DNA from: Muribaculaceae bacterium
GTDB lineage: Bacteria; Bacteroidota; Bacteroidia; Bacteroidales; Muribaculaceae
Reading direction: 5' to 3'
Length of the DNA stretch: 64,000 nucleotides
NCBI GenBank assembly: GCA_011959405.1
Contig: BLLX01000003.1
Coordinates: 1,017 to 65,016 of the forward strand
The position numbers were made by a program, and so were the translations under genes. The notes beneath the pieces are model-generated. The model was not told where the DNA came from. It ran no database searches and worked only from the letters and a program-made list of their open reading frames with translations. Positions 35,855-45,792 of this stretch are shown piece by piece (the stretch's first letter is position 1; each line of letters starts with the position of its first letter).

Positions 35855-36496
35855 TTATTTTTCTGAGGTCAGGGTGATGTCGGCTATTACCGGCCGGTGG
35901 TCTGATTCAACGGTCAGCGGCAATACGCACACGTTGATTCCGGAGGACATGTGACCTTTGCCGGCAGCTATATAGTCGAGACATTCGTTCGGAGTGTCTG
36001 ACGGCCATGTTGGCACGGTCAAGTCGTTGAGTACATGGAAATGCTTTTGTATTTCCGACGCAGTTTCAGAGCCGGGCAGAGCGTTCCAGTCGCCTGCAAG
36101 TATCACGGGTTTGTCGTATCGGGCTGTTTCCTGGCCGATGATCTTTGCCGACGCCAGCGCGTCGGTCGGTGTGAGCGACAGATGGACGCATGCTATCACG
36201 TATTTTCCGCCGTCGTGGTCGATTGCCGGAGCGAAGACGGGGATCATCATGGCTGCGTCGGCGATTTCGCCGAGGGTGTACCGGTTGCCGCTCCTCACGG
36301 TCATGCTGTCGACCTCCTGTATGGCCACCACGTCGGGTGCAATGTCGCGTATGATGGCTCCGATGCGGCCGCAGTCCCTCACTCCGTCTTCGCCCACGGC
36401 GTTGTGTACGTTGTATGTCATGGCCCGAAGAGATACGCACAAGGCATATGGCAATGTCGAGACGAGGAGGAGAAAAAACAAGGCAGATCTGAGCAT
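35855..36496 (-). CDS. Endonuclease/exonuclease/phosphatase (EEP) family protein, short form
   Basis: Signal peptide, then MTYNVHNAVG, VVAIQEVD, LAGDWNA and SDHRPV motifs. At 213 aa it is shorter than usual for the family. Confidence 0.75.
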   Translation of the reverse strand: MLRSALFFLLLVSTLPYALCVSLRAMTYNVHNAVGEDGVRDCGRIGAIIRDIAPDVVAIQEVDSMTVRSGNRYTLGEIADAAMMIPVFAPAIDHDGGKYVIACVHLSLTPTDALASAKIIGQETARYDKPVILAGDWNALPGSETASEIQKHFHVLNDLTVPTWPSDTPNECLDYIAAGKGHMSSGINVCVLPLTVESDHRPVIADITLTSEK

Positions 36497-36528
36497 GGAA
36501 TCCTATTTGCTGGTGATGGTGTAAAGTG

Positions 36529-36536
36529 CAAATTTA
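36529..36536 (-). promoter_or_regulatory. -7 box TAAATTTG for the EEP-LytM operon
   Basis: Reverse-complement TAnnTTTG match 32 nt upstream of the ATG at 36496. Confidence 0.5.
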
Positions 36537-36618
36537 CATATCTTATCGCAAATCACAAAGTGTGTTACGGTGTAAAAAACTTTTGTGCCATTTTCTTGAC
36601 TTCTACAGGAAAAAAACG

Positions 36619-36626
36619 TAAATTTG
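36619..36626 (+). promoter_or_regulatory. -7 box TAAATTTG for ppdK
   Basis: TAnnTTTG match 84 nt upstream of the ATG at 36711. Confidence 0.55.
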
Positions 36627-36710
36627 CAAATGATTCATGTCTGCATGTCGCGGACATAATTCCATGTGTATATATTAAACATAATTTAACCAATAACTTA
36701 ACCAAGATTT

Positions 36711-39425
36711 ATGAAAAGAGTCTATACGTTCGGCGATGGAAAGGCCGAAGGAAAAGCCTCCGACAGAAACCTGCTCGGCGGTAAAGGCGCAAACTTGGCT
36801 GAGATGAACCTGCTTGGCATGCCCGTGCCCCCCGGTTTCACCATCACGACAGAAGTATGCACCGAGTACACCCAGTATGGCCGCGATGAAGTGGTGAAAC
36901 GCATCCAGAAGGAAGTTGAGGCCGCAGTCGCCCATGTTGAGGTTCTTACCGGCAAAAAATTCAACGACCCTTCCAATCCCCTGCTCGTATCTGTGCGCTC
37001 CGGTGCCCGTGCTTCCATGCCCGGCATGATGGACACAGTGCTCAACCTTGGCATGAACGACGCCACAGTCGCATCGCTCGCTGAAAAGAGCGGCAATTCC
37101 CGTTTCGCATGGGACAGCTATCGTCGCTTTGTCCAGATGTACGGTGACGTGGTGCTCGGCATGAAGCCCAAGAGCAAGACCGATATCGATCCTTTCGAGG
37201 AGATCATGGACAAGGTGAAAGAAGACAAGGGCGTTAAGCTCGACACCGAACTGACTGTAGAAGATCTGCAGCTCCTTGTCAAGCTCTTCAAGGGCGCCGT
37301 GAAGGATTTCACCGGCAAGGACTTCCCCGACAGTGCATGGGAGCAGCTCTGGGGCGGCATCTGCGCTGTGTTTGACAGCTGGATGAACGAACGCGCCATT
37401 CTCTACCGCCGCATGAACCAGATCCCCGAAGAGTGGGGCACCGCCGTCAACGTACAGGCCATGGTATACGGCAATATGGGCGACAACTCCGCCACCGGCG
37501 TGGCTTTCAGCCGCGATGCAGCCATCGGCGAGAATATGTTCAACGGTGAATACCTGATCAACGCACAGGGCGAGGATGTGGTGGCCGGTATCCGCACACC
37601 CCAGCAGATCACCACTGAAGGCTCGCGCCGCTGGGCAGCTCTTCAGGACATCAGCGAGGACGATCGCAAATCCAAATATCCCTCACTTGAAGAATCCATG
37701 CCTGAATGTGCCGCTGAGCTGATCGCCATCGCACACCGTCTGGAGGATCACTACAAGGACATGCAGGATATGGAATTCACCATTCAGGACGGTAAGCTCT
37801 GGATGCTCCAGACCCGCAACGGCAAGCGCACCGGTGCCGCTATGGTGAAGATCGCCATGGATCTGCTCCGTGAAGGCGAGATAGATGAGAAGACCGTGCT
37901 GATGCGTATGGAGCCCCAGAAGCTCGACGAACTGCTGCACCCGGTATTTGACAAGGCCGCGCTCAAGCGCGCCAAAGTCGCAGCCAAGGGTCTGCCTGCT
38001 TCGCCCGGCGCCGCTACCGGTCAGGTGGTGTTCTCCGCCGAGGAAGCCGAATTGTGGGCTGAAAAGAAGAAAAAAGTTGTTCTGGTGCGTATCGAGACTT
38101 CTCCCGAGGATCTTCGCGGCATGGCCGTGGCACAGGGCATTCTCACCATGCGCGGCGGTATGACCAGCCATGCGGCTGTCGTTGCCCGCGGCATGGGTAA
38201 GTGCTGCGTCAGCGGTGCCGGCGAAATCCGCATCGACTATAAGGAAAAGACCGTGGAGATGAACGGCAAGGTTTACAAGGAAGGCGACTGGATTTCGCTC
38301 AACGGTTCCACCGGTGAGGTTTACGACGGTCAGGTGCCCACAACCGAACCCGAACTCGACGGCGACTTTGGCGCGATCATGAATCTCGCCGCTAAATATA
38401 CAAAGACTCTGGTGCGCACTAACGCTGACTCTCCCCGCGATGCCAAGCAGGCACGCCATTTCGGCGCTCAGGGCATCGGTCTCTGCCGCACGGAGCACAT
38501 GTTCTTCGAAGGCGACCGTATCAAGGCTGTGCGTGAGATGATTCTCGCCGCCGATGTTGAAGTCCGTCGCCATGCTCTCGCCAAACTGTTGCCCATGCAG
38601 CGCGGTGACTTCGAAGGCATCTTTGAAGCTATGGACGGTTACGGAGTGACCATCCGCCTGCTCGATCCCCCGTTGCACGAGTTCGTACCTCATCAGACCG
38701 CCACTCAGAAGGAACTTGCCGCAGAAATGGGCATCTCCCTTGAAGAGGTCAAGGCTAAGGTTGACTCGCTCGAAGAGTTCAACCCCATGCTTGGTCACCG
38801 CGGCTGCCGTCTGGGCATCACCTATCCGGAGATCACAGAGATGCAGACCCGTGCGATCATCGAAGCCGCTCTCGCTGTGAAGGCTCGCGGCATCGACGTT
38901 CATCCCGAAATCATGATCCCGCTGGTAGGCTCACTGAAAGAGATTCAGAACCAGGCTGCCGTTATCCACGAAACCGCCGACAAGGTGTTTGCCGAACAGG
39001 GCAAGTCTCTGCCTTATCTCGTGGGTACTATGATCGAGGTGCCCCGTGCTGCTCTCACCGCCAACGAGATCGCCACTGTGGCCGACTTCTTCTCCTTCGG
39101 TACAAACGACCTCACTCAGATGACCTTCGGATTCTCGCGCGATGATGCTCCCAAGTTCTTGAAATTCTACAAGGAACACGGCATTATCAAGACCGATCCG
39201 TTTGAAGTCCTTGATCAGGAAGGTGTAGGCCAGCTCGTGCGCATGGGCGTTGAAAAAGGCCGCGCTACCAAACCCGAACTCAAGGTAGGCATCTGCGGCG
39301 AACACGGCGGTGAACCCTCCTCCGTCAAGTTCTGCGCTAAGCTCGGCATGAACTACGTGAGCTGCTCGCCTTTCCGCGTGCCCATCGCCCGCGTATCTGC
39401 GGCGCAGGCTGCCATCGAAGGCTGA
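36711..39425 (+). CDS. ppdK: Pyruvate, phosphate dikinase
   Basis: 904 aa with the start MKRVYTFGDGKAEG..LLGGKGANLAEM, the phosphohistidine motif GGMTSHAAVVARGMG, and the C-terminal PEP-utilising domain. Confidence 0.97.
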   Translation: MKRVYTFGDGKAEGKASDRNLLGGKGANLAEMNLLGMPVPPGFTITTEVCTEYTQYGRDEVVKRIQKEVEAAVAHVEVLTGKKFNDPSNPLLVSVRSGARASMPGMMDTVLNLGMNDATVASLAEKSGNSRFAWDSYRRFVQMYGDVVLGMKPKSKTDIDPFEEIMDKVKEDKGVKLDTELTVEDLQLLVKLFKGAVKDFTGKDFPDSAWEQLWGGICAVFDSWMNERAILYRRMNQIPEEWGTAVNVQAMVYGNMGDNSATGVAFSRDAAIGENMFNGEYLINAQGEDVVAGIRTPQQITTEGSRRWAALQDISEDDRKSKYPSLEESMPECAAELIAIAHRLEDHYKDMQDMEFTIQDGKLWMLQTRNGKRTGAAMVKIAMDLLREGEIDEKTVLMRMEPQKLDELLHPVFDKAALKRAKVAAKGLPASPGAATGQVVFSAEEAELWAEKKKKVVLVRIETSPEDLRGMAVAQGILTMRGGMTSHAAVVARGMGKCCVSGAGEIRIDYKEKTVEMNGKVYKEGDWISLNGSTGEVYDGQVPTTEPELDGDFGAIMNLAAKYTKTLVRTNADSPRDAKQARHFGAQGIGLCRTEHMFFEGDRIKAVREMILAADVEVRRHALAKLLPMQRGDFEGIFEAMDGYGVTIRLLDPPLHEFVPHQTATQKELAAEMGISLEEVKAKVDSLEEFNPMLGHRGCRLGITYPEITEMQTRAIIEAALAVKARGIDVHPEIMIPLVGSLKEIQNQAAVIHETADKVFAEQGKSLPYLVGTMIEVPRAALTANEIATVADFFSFGTNDLTQMTFGFSRDDAPKFLKFYKEHGIIKTDPFEVLDQEGVGQLVRMGVEKGRATKPELKVGICGEHGGEPSSVKFCAKLGMNYVSCSPFRVPIARVSAAQAAIEG

Positions 39426-39446
39426 TAAGATAGATTTTTAAGCGAT

Positions 39447-39500
39447 AATCAGGCCGTAACGCTCTGTCGGTATCAGACGTTGCGGCCTGATTTTTGTTTT
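39447..39500 (+). terminator. Rho-independent terminator of ppdK
   Basis: 15-bp stem (one G-U pair) aatcaggccgtaacg / cgttgcggcctgatt with a 16-nt loop; the 3' arm runs into a T-rich tract reading tttttgtttt (39491-39500). Confidence 0.85.
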
Positions 39501-39537
39501 GGCAATAATTGTTTTGGATGCTGTTGTGAAAAATTGG

Positions 39538-39545
39538 TATTTTTG
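39538..39545 (+). promoter_or_regulatory. -7 box TATTTTTG for the metalloprotease gene
   Basis: TAnnTTTG match 27 nt upstream of the ATG at 39573. Confidence 0.5.
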
Positions 39546-39572
39546 TGATATAATAAATACACAGGAGCAAAA

Positions 39573-41672
39573 ATGATACATTTTATGTTTAGGATTATTA
39601 GATCATCGCTTGTCTGTTGTCTGACTGTAGCATTGTGGCCGTGCTCATATATGTCTGCGACCGAACCTCTGGTTGCAGATGTGGGCTATTGCGCTCCGGC
39701 ATTGTCGGCGAGAGCCGATAACGGCAGTATTGCGCAAAAATTAATAGGCAGTGAGAATTTTCTCCACGTCTATCGTCTGGCTATGCCTGTGACGTATTCT
39801 TCGTATCAAAGAGATTTTGGCGGAAGTGAAGAGCGTGTCAGGGTTTGGTGGCAGTCTACTGTAGAATCGCTGAATGAGGTGTTTGCCCGTGATTTAGGCG
39901 TTTATTTTGTGTTGGTCGATAACCCTCGGCTTATTATGGATGAGTCTTCATCGCCTAACACATCCAACAGTATAACCATCGTAAATCAGTCCACATCCAT
40001 TATCAATGATTTGATTGGGGAGTATTCATATGATGTCGGCCTTATGATTGCGGACGTATCGGATGTCAATGGACGAGGATATGTAAAGGGCGCGTATATG
40101 AAACGTTATAAAGGCGGCTCTGTGGCGCGCCCTATATTTGTGGCTATAGTTCATGAATTGGGGCATATGTTCGGGTCTTTGCACGTGCAGGCGAATAACA
40201 CCACATCCTATTTCAGCGAACCGGGTGCAGGACAGTCTGTCATGGGATATGGCGACAAGTTGCCTTTTTTCTCTTCGGTCAGTGCCGCCATGATACGCTC
40301 TATCCGCAATTCCGGCTATATGTCGGTGCTGAACTATCCTGAACGTACTGACACGATACATTGGTCCGGGCTTGAATGGACCTCATACGACAATCTTGTG
40401 GGAGCCGTTCTGTCGGAAAACAGGCCGCCGCAGATTGATACGCTGAATCTGAAACGTCACTATCGAATACCTGCCGGCTCATATATGAAGTTTGAGATTT
40501 CGGCATCTGATCCGGACGGAGATGCCTTGCTCTACAGCGTTCAGCAGGTCGACGTCGCTTCCGGTCCCGAAGATTGCCGGGCGGTATTCCGGCCCTATGC
40601 CCCTGCCGGGAATCCGGTTGTGGCCTTTAAGCCTTCGTATCGGCTGGAGTGGATAGACGGGGCTGACAAGCTTGTGGAGAATGATTATAGCGGAAGAGTC
40701 AGCACTCCCGGTGAATACACCATGCTGCTGTCGGTGAGTGACGGAGGGAAATCTGATGAGTCTTTTCTTTATGATCCTCATGCGGTGTGTTATGATGCCT
40801 ACGAGACCACATTGGAGCTGGTGTCCGGCGATCCTTTTGAGATTACATCCGTGACGCCGTCTACGTCATGGGGCACGTATTCCTACAATATGGGGCAGCG
40901 GCTTACACTGAATTGGAACTCATGCAGTGATGTGTTCGGATATGACAGCCGTGTGCGTATCTCTTTATCGGATGATTTTGGTGAGACATTCAAATATATT
41001 CTCAAAGAATCCGCGCCGAACACGGGCAGCTGTCAGGTTATACTTCCGCATGTGGCCATCGGTCAGGTCAATTATGCCGGAACGGGTATTATGCCGAGGG
41101 CCGGGGTGATAATGATAGAGGTGATCGGATCTATAGCGTGTGACTATACCGCTGTTGTCCCGTTTACTGACCGCGGCTCATCGCAGATTTCGACAGGCGG
41201 TTTCAAGGTAGTGGCGTCTACAGTCTCCTTTACCGGCGTTCCCGAGCGCTATGTCACCGTTTCTGATGGTGAACTGCCGCCTGTGGCCGATGTCAAGGCT
41301 TATGCCGGAGGACGGTCGCTGGAGGTGCGTTTTACGGAAAGCGGTGACGATTATTCCGTGAGCCGGGTGTGGGAGGCCACTGATCCGAACGGTAAGACAA
41401 GTGCATTTGAACAGATCATAGTTCTGGAGGATGAGGGAGAGTGTGTGTCTATGACGGCAGTCAGTGATGGTCGTCAGAACGTGCATGCCGGACCCTCATA
41501 TGGCGGCATTGTTGTCGCTGGCGCCGATGGGCTGCGGTGTTCTGTGTATGGTATTGCCGGAAATCTGATTCTGACAGAAGATATATCTTCCGATTCGGCA
41601 TATATCAAGCTTGATTCCGGAATATATATAGTGAAAGTCGCTGAGCGGGTATATAAGATCAAGGTTATGTAG
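39573..41672 (+). CDS. T9SS-secreted zinc metalloprotease (metzincin, reprolysin-like)
   Basis: The HExxHxxGxxH motif is present as HELGHMFGSLH. The C-terminus SVYGIAGNLILTEDISSDSAYIKLDSGIYIVKVAERVYKIKVM resembles a T9SS CTD. Confidence 0.78.
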   Translation: MIHFMFRIIRSSLVCCLTVALWPCSYMSATEPLVADVGYCAPALSARADNGSIAQKLIGSENFLHVYRLAMPVTYSSYQRDFGGSEERVRVWWQSTVESLNEVFARDLGVYFVLVDNPRLIMDESSSPNTSNSITIVNQSTSIINDLIGEYSYDVGLMIADVSDVNGRGYVKGAYMKRYKGGSVARPIFVAIVHELGHMFGSLHVQANNTTSYFSEPGAGQSVMGYGDKLPFFSSVSAAMIRSIRNSGYMSVLNYPERTDTIHWSGLEWTSYDNLVGAVLSENRPPQIDTLNLKRHYRIPAGSYMKFEISASDPDGDALLYSVQQVDVASGPEDCRAVFRPYAPAGNPVVAFKPSYRLEWIDGADKLVENDYSGRVSTPGEYTMLLSVSDGGKSDESFLYDPHAVCYDAYETTLELVSGDPFEITSVTPSTSWGTYSYNMGQRLTLNWNSCSDVFGYDSRVRISLSDDFGETFKYILKESAPNTGSCQVILPHVAIGQVNYAGTGIMPRAGVIMIEVIGSIACDYTAVVPFTDRGSSQISTGGFKVVASTVSFTGVPERYVTVSDGELPPVADVKAYAGGRSLEVRFTESGDDYSVSRVWEATDPNGKTSAFEQIIVLEDEGECVSMTAVSDGRQNVHAGPSYGGIVVAGADGLRCSVYGIAGNLILTEDISSDSAYIKLDSGIYIVKVAERVYKIKVM

Positions 41673-41706
41673 GTTTCCATGCCGTAAAGATATGACATGA
41701 CCCCTG

Positions 41707-41749
41707 TACCGGCGGCAGATGCGCTTATACAGGGGTCATGTTGTTGTGC
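41707..41749. terminator. 12-bp hairpin between the convergent metalloprotease and trxA genes
   Basis: Stem atgacccctgta / tacaggggtcat with a 19-nt loop and no strong U-tract. Confidence 0.5.
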
Positions 41750-41769
41750 GTTACGGGATACTGCGCTTT

Positions 41770-42093
41770 TTAGAGAGCCAGAAGTTCGTCGAGTTTGGCG
41801 CGGAGGGTTTCCACAGACTGTGCTCCCACGAGACGGAGCTCGGTCTTTTTGCCGTCTTTGAAGAAGAGGATTGTGGGTATGGACATAATACGGTATTTCA
41901 TGGCCAGGTCGGTCTGTTCGTCGATGTTGTACTTTCCTACTACGGCGCGGCCTTCATATTCTTCTGCTACGGTGTCTACAGCAGGGCTCATGCCCACGCA
42001 CGGTCCGCACCATGTGGCCCAGAAGTCGATCATTACGGGTTTGCCGGACTCGATGATTTCATTGACGTTTTCGTCGGTAAATGTAAATGCCAT
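41770..42093 (-). CDS. trxA: Thioredoxin
   Basis: WATWCGPC active site. Length is 107 aa. Confidence 0.95.
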   Translation of the reverse strand: MAFTFTDENVNEIIESGKPVMIDFWATWCGPCVGMSPAVDTVAEEYEGRAVVGKYNIDEQTDLAMKYRIMSIPTILFFKDGKKTELRLVGAQSVETLRAKLDELLAL

Positions 42094-42115
42094 TGTTTTG
42101 ATGTTTTTGAGTGGT

Positions 42116-45100
42116 TTAGCGTTTTAATATGGTGAATTCTATGTCAAGATCGTTGAGCATGTTGATAAGTGCGCGGTTGACCGGAATGCGCAGGCCTGAA
42201 TTCAGGGTGACCGCCCTGTTCATCTTTGAGTCGTAGATGCGCAGACGCAGTTCTCCGAGATCCTTGTCGGTGCTCACGGAGTGATCTCGCATGAGGGCAC
42301 ACAGGGTCTCGTTGACGCGTTCGGCGTCGACGTTGATCACAATGCCGCGTATCACTGATCCGCGCTCTTCGGATAGCAGTCCTATGCGCGATATGTTGAA
42401 ACGCAGGTCTCCGTTGGCGAAACGGCGCTGGAATTTGCCAACCACCAGTATCTGGCTTCCCGGCACTCCGTAGCCGTTGAACTCCGAGAACTGGCGGCCG
42501 AACAGGCGCAACTCTGTGCTTCCGGTCAGGTCTTCGAGACGGAGTATGCCGAACGGGTCGCCGTTTTTGCTGGTGCGCGTCTGGAAATCGGTCACCATGC
42601 CGCCGAGTTTTATTTCTTTGTTTTCGACAGGTTCGGCTTCTTCCGATGTGAAATCCTTGATGGATGTGGTGCCGTAGGTCAGATCCATATAGTATGGGTC
42701 GAGAGGGTGGGCCGACAGATACATGCCCACGAGCTCGCGCTCCTTGGCCAGGCGTTCGGCGTCGGGCCATGGAACGGCCGGTTTGACCGGCGGCCGTCCG
42801 GCCGTGGTGAGCGACTGGTCGGCTACGTCGTCGAACAACGATGCCGCCTGCTGTTGTTTGTCGCGCTGGAAGAGCTGTCCGTACCGCACTAACTGTTCGG
42901 AAAACGATTCATCGCGGTTGTTTGTCTCGAAAAAGTCCTCGCGTTTTATATCGGTGAAGCAGTCGAACGCGCCGGCCAGAGCAAGCGATTCGATCGTGCG
43001 CCGGTTGATGCCGCAGCCCATATCCACGCGTTCGATGAAATCGTGTATGGAAGTGAATGGTCCGCCTTCGTTGCGTTCTTTGATGATGCCTTCGACCACA
43101 TTGACGCCGATGCCTTTTATGGCGGCGAGACCGAAACGGATGTCGCCCGCCTGGTTCACACCGAACCGTCCGATGGATTCATTGACGTCGGGGCCTTTTA
43201 CGGATATTTTCATGGCCTTGCATTCGTCCATGAAATTGGTGAGCTTGGTGATGTCGTTGATGTTGCGCGACAGCACCGCCGCCATGTATTCGGCCGGATA
43301 ATTGGCTTTGAGATATGCTGTCTGGAAGGCTACCCAACTGTAGCATGTGGCATGCGACTTGTTGAATGCGTATGATGCGAATTTTTCCCAGTCGGCCCAT
43401 ATTTTTTCAAGCACGCTGGCCTTGTGGCCGTTGGCCTGTCCGCCCTCCATGAATTTACCTTTCAGGTGGTTCATCTTGTCGATGAGCTTCTTGCCCATGG
43501 CCTTGCGCAGCGTATCGCTCTCGCCGCGGGTGAAGTTGGCGAGCAGACGGCTCAGAAGCATGACCTGCTCCTGATAGACCGTGACACCGTATGTGTCTTT
43601 CAGATACTGCTCCATCACCGGTATATCATATACGATCGGGCTTTTGCCGTGTTTTCGGTTGATGAAGTCGGGGATATAGTCCATAGGTCCCGGACGATAC
43701 AGTGCGTTCATGGCTATTAGGTCCTCGAATGTCGACGGCTGGAGCTCGCGCAGATATTTCTGCATGCCGGCTGACTCGAACTGGAATGTGCCGGTGGTGC
43801 GGCCTTCGCTGTAGAGCTGGTATGTCTTGGGGTCTTCGATGGACACCGTGTCTATGTCGAGGTCGAATCCGCGTGTGAGCTTGATGTTGGCCAAGGCTTC
43901 TTTTATTATCGACAGAGTCTTCAGGCCGAGGAAGTCCATCTTGATCAGCCCGGTGTCTTCGATCACGGAGCCTTCATACTGGGTGACGAGCATTTTGGTG
44001 CCGTCTTTGTCGTAGGCGGTGCTCAGCGGCACCCAGTCGGTCACTGCATCGCGGCATATGATCACTCCGCAGGCATGTACGCCGGTGTTGCGCACGTTGC
44101 CTTCGAGCTGCAGGGCATATTTCAGTGTGTTGCGCACCACAGGATTGTCGCTGCTCAGTTCCGGACGGAATTCGGGTACATGCTCGTAGCAGTTTTTCAG
44201 TGTCGGTTTCAGTTCCTTGCCGTTGACTTCCGGCATGCGTTTGGGCACAAGGTTGGCCAGACGGTTGCTTTCAGGCAAGGGCAGCTGCTCCACGCGCGCC
44301 ACATCTTTTATAGCGCTTTTGGCAGCCATGGTGCCGTAAGTGATGATGCGGGCCACCTTTTCCTCTCCGTATTTCTCGGTCACGTAACGCAGCACGTCGG
44401 CTCGTCCGTCATCATCGAAGTCAATGTCTATATCAGGCAGTGATATACGGTCGGGGTTCAGAAAACGTTCGAACAGCAGGTCATATTTGATCGGGTCGAT
44501 CTGTGTGATGTCAAGACAGTAGGCCACGGCTGATCCTGCGGCCGATCCTCGGCCGGGGCCGACCGACACGCCCAGACGGCGTCCGGCGGCTATGAAGTCC
44601 TGCACGATCAGGAAGTAGCCCGGAAATCCCATGTTCTTGATGGTCTGCAGCTCGAAGTCGATGCGTTCGATCTGCTCTTCGGTCAGGTTTTCGCCCCAGC
44701 GCCTGTGTGCTCCCTGATATGTGAGGTGGCGCAGGTAGTCGTCGTTGTCGGTAAAGCCGTCGGGCAGCGGGAAGTTGGGCAGGATCGGTTTGTGGTCGAT
44801 GGTATATGTCTCGACTTTGTCAAGGATCTCCACAGTGTTGGCCAGCGCTTCGGGTATGTCGGCGAAGAGGGTGTTCATCTCTTCGGTCGATTTCATCCAC
44901 TCCTGTTTGGAGTACAGCATGCGTTTGGGGTCGTTGAGGTCCTTGCCGGTGGCCACACATATAAGGCGGTCGTGGGCTTCGGCGTCTTCCTCGTTGACGA
45001 AGTGCACATCGTTGGTGGCCACGATTTTTATGTCGTGCTTGCGCGCCAGCTTGACAAGCTCCTCGTTGACGTGCTGCTGAATGGGATAGACCTCGTGATT

Positions 45101-45679
45101 TGCACGCGGCACTGTGGCTTTGTGGCGCTGCAGTTCGATGTAGTAGTCGTCGCCGAACGTGTTTTTGAACCATAATATAGCTTTCTCAGCTTCGTCGGTC
45201 TGTCCGGCCTGAATGAGCCGGGGCACTTCGCCGCCGAGACATGCCGAGCAGACGATCAGCCCTTCGGAGTGGGCGGCGAGGTCGGCCTTGTCCGTACGTG
45301 GATGTGAATAGAAGCCTTCGGTCCATGAGCGGCTCACCAGTTTGATGAGGTTGTGGTAGCCGGTCTCGTTTTTGGCCAGCACGACCAGATGGCGTCCGGT
45401 GTCTTTTTTGTCAGTGTGGGTCAGCAGAGATTCGTTGGCCACATACATCTCGCATCCGAAAATCGGTTTGAACGGTTCTTCGCCTTTGTCCTTGCGCTTG
45501 GAGTTGATTTTGTTGACGTAGTTGAAGAATTCTTTTATGCCGAACATGTTGCCATGGTCGGTAATGGCAAGTCCCGGCATGCCGTCGGCTATGGCTTTGT
45601 CTACCAGCGCGGTGACCGAAGCCTGACCGTCAAGCACGGAAAACTGGGTGTGGACGTGTAGGTGTACGAACGGTTGCAT
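42116..45679 (-). CDS. dnaE: DNA polymerase III subunit alpha
   Basis: PHP N-terminus FVHLHVHTQFSVLDG and the palm/fingers motifs. Length is 1187 aa. Confidence 0.96.
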   Translation of the reverse strand: MQPFVHLHVHTQFSVLDGQASVTALVDKAIADGMPGLAITDHGNMFGIKEFFNYVNKINSKRKDKGEEPFKPIFGCEMYVANESLLTHTDKKDTGRHLVVLAKNETGYHNLIKLVSRSWTEGFYSHPRTDKADLAAHSEGLIVCSACLGGEVPRLIQAGQTDEAEKAILWFKNTFGDDYYIELQRHKATVPRANHEVYPIQQHVNEELVKLARKHDIKIVATNDVHFVNEEDAEAHDRLICVATGKDLNDPKRMLYSKQEWMKSTEEMNTLFADIPEALANTVEILDKVETYTIDHKPILPNFPLPDGFTDNDDYLRHLTYQGAHRRWGENLTEEQIERIDFELQTIKNMGFPGYFLIVQDFIAAGRRLGVSVGPGRGSAAGSAVAYCLDITQIDPIKYDLLFERFLNPDRISLPDIDIDFDDDGRADVLRYVTEKYGEEKVARIITYGTMAAKSAIKDVARVEQLPLPESNRLANLVPKRMPEVNGKELKPTLKNCYEHVPEFRPELSSDNPVVRNTLKYALQLEGNVRNTGVHACGVIICRDAVTDWVPLSTAYDKDGTKMLVTQYEGSVIEDTGLIKMDFLGLKTLSIIKEALANIKLTRGFDLDIDTVSIEDPKTYQLYSEGRTTGTFQFESAGMQKYLRELQPSTFEDLIAMNALYRPGPMDYIPDFINRKHGKSPIVYDIPVMEQYLKDTYGVTVYQEQVMLLSRLLANFTRGESDTLRKAMGKKLIDKMNHLKGKFMEGGQANGHKASVLEKIWADWEKFASYAFNKSHATCYSWVAFQTAYLKANYPAEYMAAVLSRNINDITKLTNFMDECKAMKISVKGPDVNESIGRFGVNQAGDIRFGLAAIKGIGVNVVEGIIKERNEGGPFTSIHDFIERVDMGCGINRRTIESLALAGAFDCFTDIKREDFFETNNRDESFSEQLVRYGQLFQRDKQQQAASLFDDVADQSLTTAGRPPVKPAVPWPDAERLAKERELVGMYLSAHPLDPYYMDLTYGTTSIKDFTSEEAEPVENKEIKLGGMVTDFQTRTSKNGDPFGILRLEDLTGSTELRLFGRQFSEFNGYGVPGSQILVVGKFQRRFANGDLRFNISRIGLLSEERGSVIRGIVINVDAERVNETLCALMRDHSVSTDKDLGELRLRIYDSKMNRAVTLNSGLRIPVNRALINMLNDLDIEFTILKR

Positions 45680-45684
45680 ACCCC

Positions 45685-45692
45685 CAAAGTTA
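45685..45692 (-). promoter_or_regulatory. -7 box TAACTTTG with a -33-like TTTG (45713-45716), 5 nt from the dnaE ATG
   Basis: Reverse-complement TAnnTTTG match with an upstream TTTG at a 20-nt spacing. Confidence 0.55.
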
Positions 45693-45723
45693 TGAAATAA
45701 TTCCCGTCCTTACAAATGTAAAT

Positions 45724-45764
45724 ATAGCGCGGCCAGACCTTAATTGCAGGGCTTGCCGCGCTAT
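45724..45764 (-). terminator. Hairpin downstream of the 639-aa T9SS cargo gene
   Basis: 10-bp stem atagcgcggc / gccgcgctat with a 21-nt loop. Confidence 0.5.
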
Positions 45765-45792
45765 GCTGTCTTATCTGTCGGTCACGTGCCGG

